Made by a program: the position numbers and the translations under genes. The notes beneath the pieces were generated by a model. The model saw only the letters and a list, made by a program, of their open reading frames with translations. It ran no database searches and was not told where the DNA came from. Positions 20,188-29,675 of a stretch of DNA of 32,000 bases are shown here, piece after piece. Positions within the stretch are counted from its first letter, which is position 1; the number at the start of each line of letters is the position of its first letter. This DNA comes from Wolbachia endosymbiont of Dirofilaria (Dirofilaria) immitis. Lineage in GTDB: Bacteria > Pseudomonadota > Alphaproteobacteria > Rickettsiales > Anaplasmataceae. Location of the stretch: assembly GCF_013365455.1 (NCBI RefSeq), contig NZ_CP046578.1, positions 360,001 to 392,000 of the forward strand, written 5' to 3'.

Positions 20188-21678
20188 ATGTCTTCCAAAC
20201 AAAAAATTTTATGCACTAATTTTTCTAATCAATTTGTGACTCTTTCAGAAGGGCGGACTTATAATAATGATTCCTACAATGAAAAGGGTGATCCTTGTAA
20301 AGATACTAAGAGTAGTTGTGGTTCAAATGATGGTGGTACTCAAGTTAATAATTGTACACAGATTCTATTAGATAATCTGCCGCCACAAAAGATAGTTAAG
20401 GAACTGAACAGGTTCATAATTGGACAGAATGATGCAAAGCGTGCTGTTGCTATTGCACTCAGAAATCGTTGGCGTCGTAATAAAGTTCCTGTTCCTTTGC
20501 GTGATGAAATCATACCTAAAAATATACTGATGATTGGTCATACCGGAGTTGGTAAAACAGAAATGGCTCGTCGCTTAGCAAAACTTGCAGGTGCACCATT
20601 TATAAAAGTTGAAGCAACAAAATTTACTGAAATAGGTTATGTTGGGCGTGATGTTGATTCTATAATACGTGATTTAGTTGATGCAGCAATAGTTTTAGTT
20701 AAGGAGAAAGCACGCAAAGCTTTAGCTAAGAAAGCTTTAGATTTAGCTGAGAAAATAATAGTCAACTCTATGGTTGGTGAAGATGCAACTGAAGAGAGTA
20801 AAGAGATTTTTAGAAAGAGATTAAAAAGTAAAGAGTTTGAAGATGGAGAAGTTTCCATTGATGTTAGAGAAAGCAAGAGCATGCTACCAGCTTTTGATAT
20901 ACCAGGTATACCAGGTGGGCAAGTTGGTATAGTAAATATAACAGAATTAATGGGTAAAATGTTTAACGGAGGTAAAAAAACAAAAACTATTACGGTTAAA
21001 GTGAAAGAAGCACGTGAAATATTGATTAATGAAGAAAGTGAAAGGTTAATAGATGAAGACAAGATAATTAAAGAAGCTCTTGATCTTGTTAGCAATGAAG
21101 GTATAGTGTTTTTAGATGAAATAGATAAAATTGCAGCATGTACAGAGGTAAAAGGTGAGGTTAATAGAGAAGGAGTACAACGTGATTTATTACCACTGCT
21201 TGAAGGAACAACTGTTTCAACTAAGTATGGCCATGTAAAAACAGATTACATATTGTTTATTGCATCTGGTGCCTTTCATCAATCTAAACCATCTGATCTT
21301 TTGCCAGAATTACAGGGTAGATTACCAATCAGAGTTGAACTTAAGGCTCTTACTAAAAAAGATTTAATAAGAATATTGAAGGAACCGGAGTCTAGTTTAT
21401 TAAAGCAGTACATAGCTTTAATGAAAACAGAAAATGTGACGCTTGAGTTTACTGATGACGGCATTGAAACCATAGCTGAAATAGCGTTTACAGTTAATAG
21501 GCAGGTAGAAAATATAGGTGCAAGAAGGCTACATACTATCATGGAGAAGCTTTTAGATGAAATAAGTTTTATCTCTTCTGAGAAAAATGGTGAGAAATTT
21601 GTTATAGATAGCAAATATGTGAAAGATAGACTGGGGTCAATTTCGAAGCAGCTTGATTTATCTAAGTTTATACTTTAA
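20188..21678 (+). CDS. hslU: ATP-dependent protease ATPase subunit HslU (ClpY)
   Basis: [22 protein letters not shown], Walker [10 protein letters not shown], Walker [32 protein letters not shown], and C-terminal LDLSKFIL. Follows hslV after 1 nt. Confidence 0.97.
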   Translation: MSSKQKILCTNFSNQFVTLSEGRTYNNDSYNEKGDPCKDTKSSCGSNDGGTQVNNCTQILLDNLPPQKIVKELNRFIIGQNDAKRAVAIALRNRWRRNKVPVPLRDEIIPKNILMIGHTGVGKTEMARRLAKLAGAPFIKVEATKFTEIGYVGRDVDSIIRDLVDAAIVLVKEKARKALAKKALDLAEKIIVNSMVGEDATEESKEIFRKRLKSKEFEDGEVSIDVRESKSMLPAFDIPGIPGGQVGIVNITELMGKMFNGGKKTKTITVKVKEAREILINEESERLIDEDKIIKEALDLVSNEGIVFLDEIDKIAACTEVKGEVNREGVQRDLLPLLEGTTVSTKYGHVKTDYILFIASGAFHQSKPSDLLPELQGRLPIRVELKALTKKDLIRILKEPESSLLKQYIALMKTENVTLEFTDDGIETIAEIAFTVNRQVENIGARRLHTIMEKLLDEISFISSEKNGEKFVIDSKYVKDRLGSISKQLDLSKFIL

Positions 21679-22147
21679 TAAAGTATATCAGCTTGTTGAT
21701 ATTATATTATATATAATATAGTTATGTTAATATGGAGATAAGAGCTATGTTAACACGAAGTACTTAAGTTATATTAGATGGTGTGAAAATTTTTTCAAAG
21801 GATATATCAAGTTATGGAAAAAACTAAAGCTAAATTTTGGGCTTATATTGAGGATAGTGTTATTAACTATGTATTGATTTATTATCAATTCTGCTGTAAT
21901 AACAGTGGTAGTTTTTATATGGGAGTAATACTGAAAAGATAAGAGTACAGGTGTTAAAGTAAATAAACTCTTAGATAGCACAAGTTTTATAAAGATGACA
22001 AAACTACAGATTTTTTAACATTAGGTAATGGTACCAGAAAAATTATAACTGGTTATATGTTGCTAAGAATAAAGATGATAAGAAGTAAGGTGTTATGTGG
22101 CTTAATTAATTTCTTCCTGTATAAATGTAAATTCAAGCAGGCATATC

Positions 22148-22401
22148 AATGGAAAAGAATTTAGTGTAACACTAAATTCTAACTAACGGCATTGCTAAAG
22201 TAGTAGGTAATGAAGGTTTAGAGAAAAATACAAACATCAAAATCAAACTCCACGGTAAGGAGTTAGGTCTTGTTAACGCCGTAGGGGACTAAGGCGGTAG
22301 AGAGAGTGTGTGATGAGCCAAGAATAATTAATGAAGCTGGCATAATAATTATAATAGGAACTGACAATCTAACTGTGAGATATGAAAATAGTTTGTGGTA
22401 G
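22148..22401 (+). pseudogene. decayed gene fragments downstream of hslU, function unknown
   Basis: NGKEFSVTLNSN* (22148-22186), LTNGIAKVVGNEGLEKNTNIKIKLHGKELGLVNAVGD* (22179-22292), then from 22288 in the next frame TKAVERVCDEPRIINEAGIIIIIGTDNLTVRYENSLW* (to 22401). Confidence 0.4.
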
Positions 22402-22530
22402 TTGTAGCTATTGTTCATACTTTTGCATAAAACCTTGAATCTTTTTCCTAAAAACTTGGGGTCTGTTGCAATAATTGTGCTGTTTTATAGGTTCTATGAT
22501 TAAATCTAGTGACATGCTTCTATCTCCTAT

Positions 22531-22770
22531 TTAGTTTATTAATGTATTGATTATTTTTTTTGAGTTAAAGTTCCTCTTGCTTTCACTCACTTCATTCTTC
22601 AAGCCTAATATATCTTTTTTTTAATGTTTTTTTCTTCTTTTGTTTTACCACTGCAATAAGACTTTAACTCGATGTATCATATCTGGGCAGGATCTATTTA
22701 TTTTCATATGTAGAAGATTGCTTTCCAATATTTCTTGAAGGGATTTGCGTGTCAGAGTCTTGAATTCAGA
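22531..22770 (-). pseudogene. possible decayed gene fragment, function unknown
   Basis: Reverse-strand single frame with two internal stops: EFKTLTRKSLQEILESNLLHMKINRSCPDMIHRVKVLLQW*NKRRKKH*KKDILGLKNEVSESKRNFNSKKIINTLIN*. Confidence 0.3.
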
Positions 22771-23038
22771 AGATCATCACGGTTAGTGCGCGTATAGTAC
22801 CTATTCTGTTAAGAATGCTCTTGTACCATTTTATCTATTTCTTTTTTAATACTTATTGTTAAGCTTACTTAATAAGCTTTTGTCATTTTAAAATTTTTTA
22901 TTAAGCTCAATTCCCCATTTAGCTTCCTTTTTTAGTTCTATATTCTTTATTCTATAAGAATTAAGGAATTTACTCTACTGGTTAAGTTTAATAGACTTAT
23001 ATTGTAGATTATTTTTGCAGAGCTTTGATAATCTAATC

Positions 23039-23400
23039 ATTAGGACCAGTAGTCTACTTTAGCCTCTTTTTGAGTTTGCTTTGGTTTACTCTTTATCTGA
23101 GGTGGTTTTTCTTATATAGATGCAGCAAAATCTCTTGGCCTTTTAAGGGTGCTTTTTAAATTTTTTCTGGGTAGTGATTTTCTGCCACTAGCTGGTTTTA
23201 ATTGAGGGTGATTTTTTATTATTGAGTTGGTTGATGTTGTTCAACTAGATAACACTCTACTTTTAATGATATAAGCACTTTGCTATTGTTTATTGTGTTG
23301 GAGTTTGATGGAGGTAAACTCTATCTTTTTCAGAAGGTTAGTTGTTTACTTTAGTTTTATGATTATTGAAACGGAGTCAAGAATAATCAAGCTGACAGCA
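23039..23400 (-). pseudogene. possible decayed gene, function unknown, between hslU and polA
   Basis: Reverse-strand single frame with few stops, ending TTSTNSIIKNHPQLKPASGRKSLPRKNLKSTLKRPRDFAASI*EKPPQIKSKPKQTQKEAKVDYWS*. Confidence 0.3.
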
Positions 23401-23626
23401 CTTAATTTATTAAATTTGTGCCTTATTTTGTAATCTAGCTAGATGATCTTGATCCTTTTTGTTTATTTTAAGCTTTTATTCACGAGTGATATAACTTAGT
23501 TTAAAATGGTGACCATTAATTATGTATTAATACTGTTATAGATAAAAATCTCTTATAATGCTTAAAAGCAGAAAACAAAGACTTGATTTTTATGTCTAAA
23601 TAATAGATTATCAAAGGTATATGTAA

Positions 23627-26221
23627 ATGCCCAGGGTGCAAAAAAATACTTTCACAATTATTGATGGTTACAGCTTTCTTTTCAGAGCTTATCACGTTTT
23701 GCATCATTTAACTACCACAACCGGTACTCCAATAGGTGCTGTATATGGCTTTCTTAATATGGTTCTTAAGTATATTACATATTCAGATTACTTGGCTATA
23801 GCGTTTGACTCTGGTAGGAAAAATTTCAGGCAAGATTTATATCCTGAGTATAAGGCAAACAGAATAATGCCCCCTGAGGATTTAATTTCACAGTTTGCAA
23901 TACTGAGAGAAGCAGTAGAAGCTTTTAATTTTAGCTACGAAGAGATTGAAGGCTATGAAGCAGATGATATAATTGCAACACTAGCTATAAGATATGCAAG
24001 CTACCAAGACTTTAAAGTAGTGGTAGTTTCATCAGATAAAGACCTGTTTCAACTGTTGAACTACAATATTTTAATATTTGATCCTATTAAAAATGTATAC
24101 ATAGATGAAAAGCAAGTAATAGAAAAATTTGGTGTAAATTCAAATAAGCTTCTTGATTTATTTTCTCTGATTGGGGATACATCTGATAATGTTCCTGGCG
24201 TTCCGGGAATAGGTCTAAAAACTGCAGTTAAACTGTTAAATGAATTTGATTCGCTAGATAATATTATAGAAAATATTAATTATATTAAGCAAACAAGGAT
24301 TCGCAATATTTTTACTAAACATAAAGAAAAAGCTTTGATTTCAAGAAAACTTCTATCGTTATGTGAAAAAGTAGATCTTCAGTGTGATATTGCAAAGCAT
24401 AAGGTCTATTCTCCAAATATGGGAAAGTTGTTATCTTTTTTAAGGAAATATGAATTTGATTCATTGATAGGCAAAGTAGAAAAGCTTTTTTTTTATAGAA
24501 AACCTGAAATAGAAGAGAAAATAGAATATAAAAGCAAAAGGTTAGAGAGATTTTTAGAGAATTGCAGATATGAGGGCAAGATTGCAATCTATTGCCATTT
24601 TGAAAATAACGTGTTAAACAAAATTTCCTTATCTTATAGTGGGAACAGTATTTTTTACATAAATCAAAACTGCCTGCAAGATGCTTTTATTACAATGAAC
24701 TCAACTTTATTTTCAAATGGGGTGCTAAAAATAATACACAATATTAGAAAGGTCAAAAAAACATTTCCTGCGATAGAAAAAGCACTAGGCTCAGTTGATG
24801 ATTTGATGACGATGTCGTATAGTCTTGATACAGGGAAGCACGATCACAGTATCTCAAGTATAATCGCACATAATTTGAGTGAAGATATAGAGATTCTCTC
24901 AGCAAAAGCTTTAATAGTGGTTCATGAAAAGTTAGTGCAAAGACTTTTTCAAGAAAAGCTTTTTACAATTTACGAGCGCTTCGATAAGCCGCTTATGAAA
25001 GTGATACTTAACATGGAAAAAAACGGAATGTTGCTAGATACTCAAAAGCTACAGGAACTATCTGATAAATTTCAGCAGTCACTTACTGTGCTTGAGAGTA
25101 GCATATATAATTTAGCGGGAAGAAGATTTAATATTGCTTCACCAAAGCAGTTAAGTGACATTTTGTTTGATAAGATGGGGCTTAGTAAAAAGAGGAAGTT
25201 AAAGTCTGGATTGTATAGCACAAGCTCTGAAGTACTAAAAGAACTTAAAATGGAAGGAGTTAAAATTGCAAGTGAGATTTTAAATTGGCGACGCTTAAGT
25301 AAGCTAAAGGGTACCTACACTGACACACTAATAAAACGGGTTGATTCTTTTGATAGTAGGGTACATACAAATTTTTCAACAACTGCAACAGGTAGGCTTA
25401 GCTCTAGTAATCCTAATCTGCAGAATATTCCTGTTAGGAGTGAGGAAGGGAATCTTATTAGGCAAGCGTTTATTGCTCCTGAAGGATGCAAAATAGTTTC
25501 TGCTGATTATTCACAAATAGAATTAAGACTCTTAGCACATATTGCGGATATTGCTTCATTTAAAGAAGCTTTTACAAATAGACAAGATATTCATAGTATT
25601 ACTGCAAGGCAGGTTTTTAGGGTGCGAGAAGGTATGGATGTAGATAAGCAGCTAAGGCAAAAAGCAAAATCCGTTAATTTTGGAATTATATATGGCATAA
25701 GCCCATTTGGCCTTGCGAAGAGATTTAAAGTTGCCGTTAGAGAAGCTGCTGAATATATTGACTATTACTTCTCTTGTTATCCAGAGATAAAGATCTATAT
25801 GAAAAAGGAGATATCTATTGCAAGGCAGCATGGCTATGTAGAAACTTTGTTTGGTAGAAGATGCTTTTTAAGGAATATAAACAATACAGTTCCTTACCTA
25901 AGGCGATTTGCAGAAAGGGCAGCAATAAACGCGCCCGTGCAAGGAACTGCTGCTGATGTAATAAAACTTGCAATGGTTCAACTTTATGATCAGTTAAAAT
26001 CGGGTAAAATAATTCTCCAAGTTCACGATGAGCTACTGGTTGAGGTAAAGGACAATAAGGTACAAGAGACAGTAAAACTTATGAAAGACGTGATGGAAAA
26101 TGTAGTAAAAATTTCTGTACCACTTGAAGTGAAAGTAAAAATTAGTGACAACTGGGGCTCAGGTTTTCTTAATTATGGTTTAAATACTGTAAATTCTAAA
26201 AGAGTAAACCATTTGAACTGA
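23627..26221 (+). CDS. polA: DNA polymerase I (PolA)
   Basis: 5'-nuclease domain (FTIIDGYSFLFRAYHVL, EADDIIATLA, IGDTSDNVPGVPGIGLKTAVKLL). Polymerase motifs A/B/C: VSADYSQIELRLLAHIA, RQKAKSVNFGIIYGISPFGLA, ILQVHDELLVEV. Confidence 0.97.
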   Translation: MPRVQKNTFTIIDGYSFLFRAYHVLHHLTTTTGTPIGAVYGFLNMVLKYITYSDYLAIAFDSGRKNFRQDLYPEYKANRIMPPEDLISQFAILREAVEAFNFSYEEIEGYEADDIIATLAIRYASYQDFKVVVVSSDKDLFQLLNYNILIFDPIKNVYIDEKQVIEKFGVNSNKLLDLFSLIGDTSDNVPGVPGIGLKTAVKLLNEFDSLDNIIENINYIKQTRIRNIFTKHKEKALISRKLLSLCEKVDLQCDIAKHKVYSPNMGKLLSFLRKYEFDSLIGKVEKLFFYRKPEIEEKIEYKSKRLERFLENCRYEGKIAIYCHFENNVLNKISLSYSGNSIFYINQNCLQDAFITMNSTLFSNGVLKIIHNIRKVKKTFPAIEKALGSVDDLMTMSYSLDTGKHDHSISSIIAHNLSEDIEILSAKALIVVHEKLVQRLFQEKLFTIYERFDKPLMKVILNMEKNGMLLDTQKLQELSDKFQQSLTVLESSIYNLAGRRFNIASPKQLSDILFDKMGLSKKRKLKSGLYSTSSEVLKELKMEGVKIASEILNWRRLSKLKGTYTDTLIKRVDSFDSRVHTNFSTTATGRLSSSNPNLQNIPVRSEEGNLIRQAFIAPEGCKIVSADYSQIELRLLAHIADIASFKEAFTNRQDIHSITARQVFRVREGMDVDKQLRQKAKSVNFGIIYGISPFGLAKRFKVAVREAAEYIDYYFSCYPEIKIYMKKEISIARQHGYVETLFGRRCFLRNINNTVPYLRRFAERAAINAPVQGTAADVIKLAMVQLYDQLKSGKIILQVHDELLVEVKDNKVQETVKLMKDVMENVVKISVPLEVKVKISDNWGSGFLNYGLNTVNSKRVNHLN

Positions 26222-26265
26222 TGTGAAAAATACACTACAATTGAAATGTAGCAAATGCAAATAGG

Positions 26266-27195
26266 TTGGTCATGATGTCTTTACAAGCAGGAAGAGGGTT
26301 GAATCTTTCAAAGTCATCTTTTCAGGTAACGGAGGGTAAAGTAATCTTTGAGGGGAAATATAGGATAATTTATGATACCTTTATACAGTCACTAAGAAAT
26401 AAGGCTCACTCCGAAGAGTTAAAGGAAGATGACAAAGCAATACTTGCTTTTATGCTAGATCAAAATCAGGTTATGTTTAAAAATATTGAATCAAAAGATA
26501 TAAAATCACTTAGTGAAGAGAATTTCCTTCAGTTTTTACTTTCTGTATTTGAGAAAATTAGGAGAAAAGATTTAGCAAATAAAGAGAATTTAAAGAATGA
26601 TGAAGTAGTAAAAGTGGTTAATGAGTGTATATCTGATATACGCAACACAGAAGCTAGAGGTTTTCTTGTAAAGCTTGCTGGGCAGCCATTCAGAATCAAG
26701 GTAGATCATGAAAACTTTTTTGCTTCTTTTAAGCACGGATTGCCATTTTTTGGTAAAGGTAAAAAAGAAGATGATAAACTACCACTTAGTGATGAAGAGG
26801 TAGTAACGACTTTCTTGCGTAAACTTTTACTTCCTATTATTCTTTTTGCTTTTTCAGTACTAATATTTGGCTCTAGCCCAATTATGTCGACAATTAATGG
26901 TATTTTCCTTGTATTGACTGTATCAGGTACAATAGAGAGACTTTTTTTTAATGATAGAAAGGGTACTTTATATAATCCTCATTCGCCAAATAAGAAAAAA
27001 TGGAGTAATGAAATTAGTAGTGGTATTAGTAAAGTTTTAGAAACCAAAGTTGAGGAGAGTAAACAGCCTACTCGAGTAAGAGAAGATGGTGAATCTTTTA
27101 GTGTACCTGAGCAAGTTAAGGCGAACCAAAATCAGCTCTTTCAGGAAAAAGAAAATAAACGGCGAAAAGCAACAGAAAGTCAGCATGGTTTATAA
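26266..27195 (+). CDS. hypothetical protein with a central/C-proximal TM pair and charged Q/K-rich tail
   Basis: 309-aa ORF with hydrophobic segment LLLPIILFAFSVLIFGSSPIMSTINGIFLVLTVSG; soluble charged N-terminus. ATG at 26272 or 26275 is an alternative start. Confidence 0.65.
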   Translation: MVMMSLQAGRGLNLSKSSFQVTEGKVIFEGKYRIIYDTFIQSLRNKAHSEELKEDDKAILAFMLDQNQVMFKNIESKDIKSLSEENFLQFLLSVFEKIRRKDLANKENLKNDEVVKVVNECISDIRNTEARGFLVKLAGQPFRIKVDHENFFASFKHGLPFFGKGKKEDDKLPLSDEEVVTTFLRKLLLPIILFAFSVLIFGSSPIMSTINGIFLVLTVSGTIERLFFNDRKGTLYNPHSPNKKKWSNEISSGISKVLETKVEESKQPTRVREDGESFSVPEQVKANQNQLFQEKENKRRKATESQHGL

Positions 27196-28617
27196 CTCAG
27201 TTCCGCCTACTATGATTGAGTCAATCTTGAGTGTTGGTTGACCAACTCCAACTGGTATGCTTTGTCCGTCTTTCAAGCATGTACCAACACCATGGTCTAA
27301 TTTTAAATCGCTGCCAACCATAGATATCTTTTTCAATACTGCTGGACCGTCACCAATCAGTGTCGCCCCTTTAATTGGCTGTGTAATTTTACCATTTTCT
27401 ATTAAATAAGCTTCTGAAGATGAAAAAACAAATTTTCCTGATGTTATATCAACTTGGCCACCATTAAAATTTACTGCATATAAACCTTTCTTTACACTAG
27501 ATATTATTTCTTCTGGTGTATGCTTTCCTGGTAACATATAAGTATTTGTCATGCGTGGCATAGTAATTTTCTTATAGCTTTCCCTTCTACCATTACCAGT
27601 TGAATTCATACCCATGAGTTTAGCGTTCATATGATCCTGCATGTATCCTTTGAGAATTCCATTCTCTATCAATACATTGCAACTAGGTGTAGTACCTTCA
27701 TCATCTATGCTAATGGAACCACGTAAATTAGGTAGAGTTCCATCATCAACTACTGTGATGCCATTAGCTGCTACTTGCTTACCAATAGAGTTTGAAAATG
27801 TTGAAACTCCTTTGCGATTAAAGTCACCTTCAAGCCCATGACCAACAGCTTCATGTAATAATATTCCTGGCCACCCTGGACCTAAAACAACTACCATTTC
27901 TCCAGCTATGGTTGGAATTGCCTCGAGGTTTACTAGTGCTTGTTCTAATGCTTGATTCGCAATTTCTTTCCACTTTTTCTCAGAGGTAAATTTGCTATAG
28001 GGGCCTCTTCCACCATGCCCTGCAAAACCCATTTCAGTGCGGCCGTTTTTCTCTATGATGACTAGTACATTAAAACACACTAGAGGTCTGATGTCACTTA
28101 GCTTGTAGTCATCTTTTATTATTTGTATAACTTGCCATTCTCCACTTAGAGTTATTTTTACTTGTTTCACGTAGGTATTCTTGGACCTTATGTACTCATT
28201 AACCTCATTGAGCAGTTTTATTTTTGAAATCAGATCTATTTCATTTATGGGATTAATTCTTGGATATAGGCTTTTTATCTCCTCTTTTAATCTTATTGAA
28301 CTTGTTTTATTTGAAGATACTGAGCTTCTTACTATAGAGGCAGCATTACTAATTTCTTTTTCACTAATCTCAGAAGAACAGACAAAAGATGTACTACTCT
28401 CACAAAAAACCCTTAGACCAAATCCCCTTCTAGTATTTAAATCTATATATTTTAGTACATTATCATCAAAAACCATAGACTCTGATTGGCAAAATTCTAA
28501 AAATAGCTCGCCACAACTACTATTATTCAAAGTACTATTGACTATTTTATGTATATTGTTAATATTGACACTGTTCTGAGCAAAAAATATTTGATCTAAG
28601 TTTATATTATCTAGCAT
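27190..28617 (-). CDS. tldD: metalloprotease TldD
   Basis: 475-aa ORF with metalloprotease motif ILLHEAVGHGLEGDFNRKG, plus GNGRRESYKKITMPRMTNTY and GPAVLKKISMVGSDLKLDHGVGTCLKDGQSIPVGVGQPTLKI. Confidence 0.95.
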   Translation of the reverse strand: MLDNINLDQIFFAQNSVNINNIHKIVNSTLNNSSCGELFLEFCQSESMVFDDNVLKYIDLNTRRGFGLRVFCESSTSFVCSSEISEKEISNAASIVRSSVSSNKTSSIRLKEEIKSLYPRINPINEIDLISKIKLLNEVNEYIRSKNTYVKQVKITLSGEWQVIQIIKDDYKLSDIRPLVCFNVLVIIEKNGRTEMGFAGHGGRGPYSKFTSEKKWKEIANQALEQALVNLEAIPTIAGEMVVVLGPGWPGILLHEAVGHGLEGDFNRKGVSTFSNSIGKQVAANGITVVDDGTLPNLRGSISIDDEGTTPSCNVLIENGILKGYMQDHMNAKLMGMNSTGNGRRESYKKITMPRMTNTYMLPGKHTPEEIISSVKKGLYAVNFNGGQVDITSGKFVFSSSEAYLIENGKITQPIKGATLIGDGPAVLKKISMVGSDLKLDHGVGTCLKDGQSIPVGVGQPTLKIDSIIVGGTEL

Positions 28618-28678
28618 TGCTTTAAAATAAGAATTACTTAAGTATATTATTTGGTTTTGACATAGTAAACTACAAAAA

Positions 28679-28763
28679 GCCCGGGTGGCGGAATTGGTAG
28701 ACGCACTAGCTTCAGGTGCTAGTAACTTTTAAAGTTATGGAAGTTCAAGTCTTCTCTCGGGCA
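28679..28763 (+). tRNA. tRNA-Leu, anticodon CAG
   Basis: Folded by hand: acceptor GCCCGGG/CTCGGGC with discriminator A; D arm GCGGAATTGGTAGACGC; anticodon stem CTAGC/GCTAG with loop TTCAGGT; class II variable arm TAACTTTTAAAGTTA; T arm GGAAG-TTCAAGT-CTTCT. No encoded CCA. Confidence 0.96.
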
Positions 28764-28971
28764 CTCTTAACTTTCTTACTGTTTTTTAACAAATCAATGC
28801 TATATTGTACAATGTACTTTTATATGCCTAAGCTTATAAATTATCAAAAGAAGAGTCTTGCTTACGTTACAGAAAAATCTTAACTTAAAATATATAATTA
28901 TTAAAAAGTTACTTTTAAAACCATTAATTTTAATGATCAGGTTTAGTGTGAAAAGTGCTTTTGAACAAAAA

Positions 28972-29256
28972 AATTGACAAAAGTTTTGTTTTGGTATTGT
29001 ATTGAGTATCTACATTTCTAGTGAGAGAGGTCGTGCTCATATTCCCATTAAGAGCCTTCTATTATTTCTCTTATTTTTGCTACTTCTTTCATCTTATGCC
29101 ATGTTATTATAGCACCGATATTGTTTGGATTTATGGTTAACGAGTTACGATAAAAGAAAATAATAAGTCGATTGTTGTATACGTTAATAGATTGATTTAT
29201 GTAGGAATACGTAGAAATATCAGTCATTATATTAATAACTCGTTAGTAACGGTAGG
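28972..29256 (+). pseudogene. possible decayed gene for a secreted protein, upstream of hemD
   Basis: Signal-peptide-like HIPIKSLLLFLLFLLLLSSYAMLL* near 29037-29114, followed in another frame by RVTIKENNKSIVVYVNRLIYVGIRRNISHYINNSLVTVG*. A TTGACA hexamer lies just upstream. Confidence 0.3.
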
Positions 29257-29300
29257 TTAATGCTATAATAAATTATATGATTTTTCTGAGGGTTCTCTAA

Positions 29301-29417
29301 AAAAACATTAGTTTAGTTGTGTTTAGTTATACAGATTATATAGCTGAGTACAATGATTTTTCTGATAACTTGCTTCAATTTTTCTGGAAAAAAAGATATA
29401 AGTTGTATAATGCCTAA
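29301..29417 (+). pseudogene. short unexplained open stretch, possible gene remnant
   Basis: KNISLVVFSYTDYIAEYNDFSDNLLQFFWKKRYKLYNA*, 38 codons without stop and without start. Confidence 0.2.
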
Positions 29418-29675
29418 GTTTGATAAAAATAATTAAAAATTCATGAATGATACATATATAGAATTGAGTATGGTAAAAACAGTTTGCCCACCTAAAGAAT
29501 GCGCTCTCAGATATAAAATATGGAAACTGTGGGGAAGGTACATATAATATTTGATTTAAAACTTTAATAATAGGAGGTATTGGAGTGCTCTTATATTGTT
29601 ATGGCTTATATAGCTCAAAAATTTTTATTCAGTAATTTGTTTATAGAGGTATTATTTTCACCTATAGTAAAGCAA

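Noticed and set aside
20637-21095. 152-aa minus-strand ORF opposite hslU
   Set aside because: Lies entirely antisense to a confidently assigned hslU; its Ser/Ile/Leu-rich translation is the expected complement of Lys/Glu/Asp-rich coding DNA.
21279-21614. 111-aa minus-strand ORF opposite hslU 3' end
   Set aside because: Shadow ORF of hslU with no recognisable motif.
21690-21725. AT-only palindromic run after hslU (ttatattatatataatata) considered as terminator or origin element
   Set aside because: No GC stem or following T tract as in an intrinsic terminator, and such runs are common at this base composition.
21769-21981. 70-aa minus-strand ORF in the hslU-polA spacer
   Set aside because: Low-complexity AT-rich translation with no clear start signal; the plus strand reads at least as plausibly as a gene remnant.
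23516-23707. 63-aa minus-strand ORF overlapping the polA start
   Set aside because: Runs through the well-supported PolA N-terminus; no motif.
28181-28579. 132-aa plus-strand ORF opposite tldD 5' region
   Set aside because: Antisense shadow ORF; tldD is clearly the real gene.
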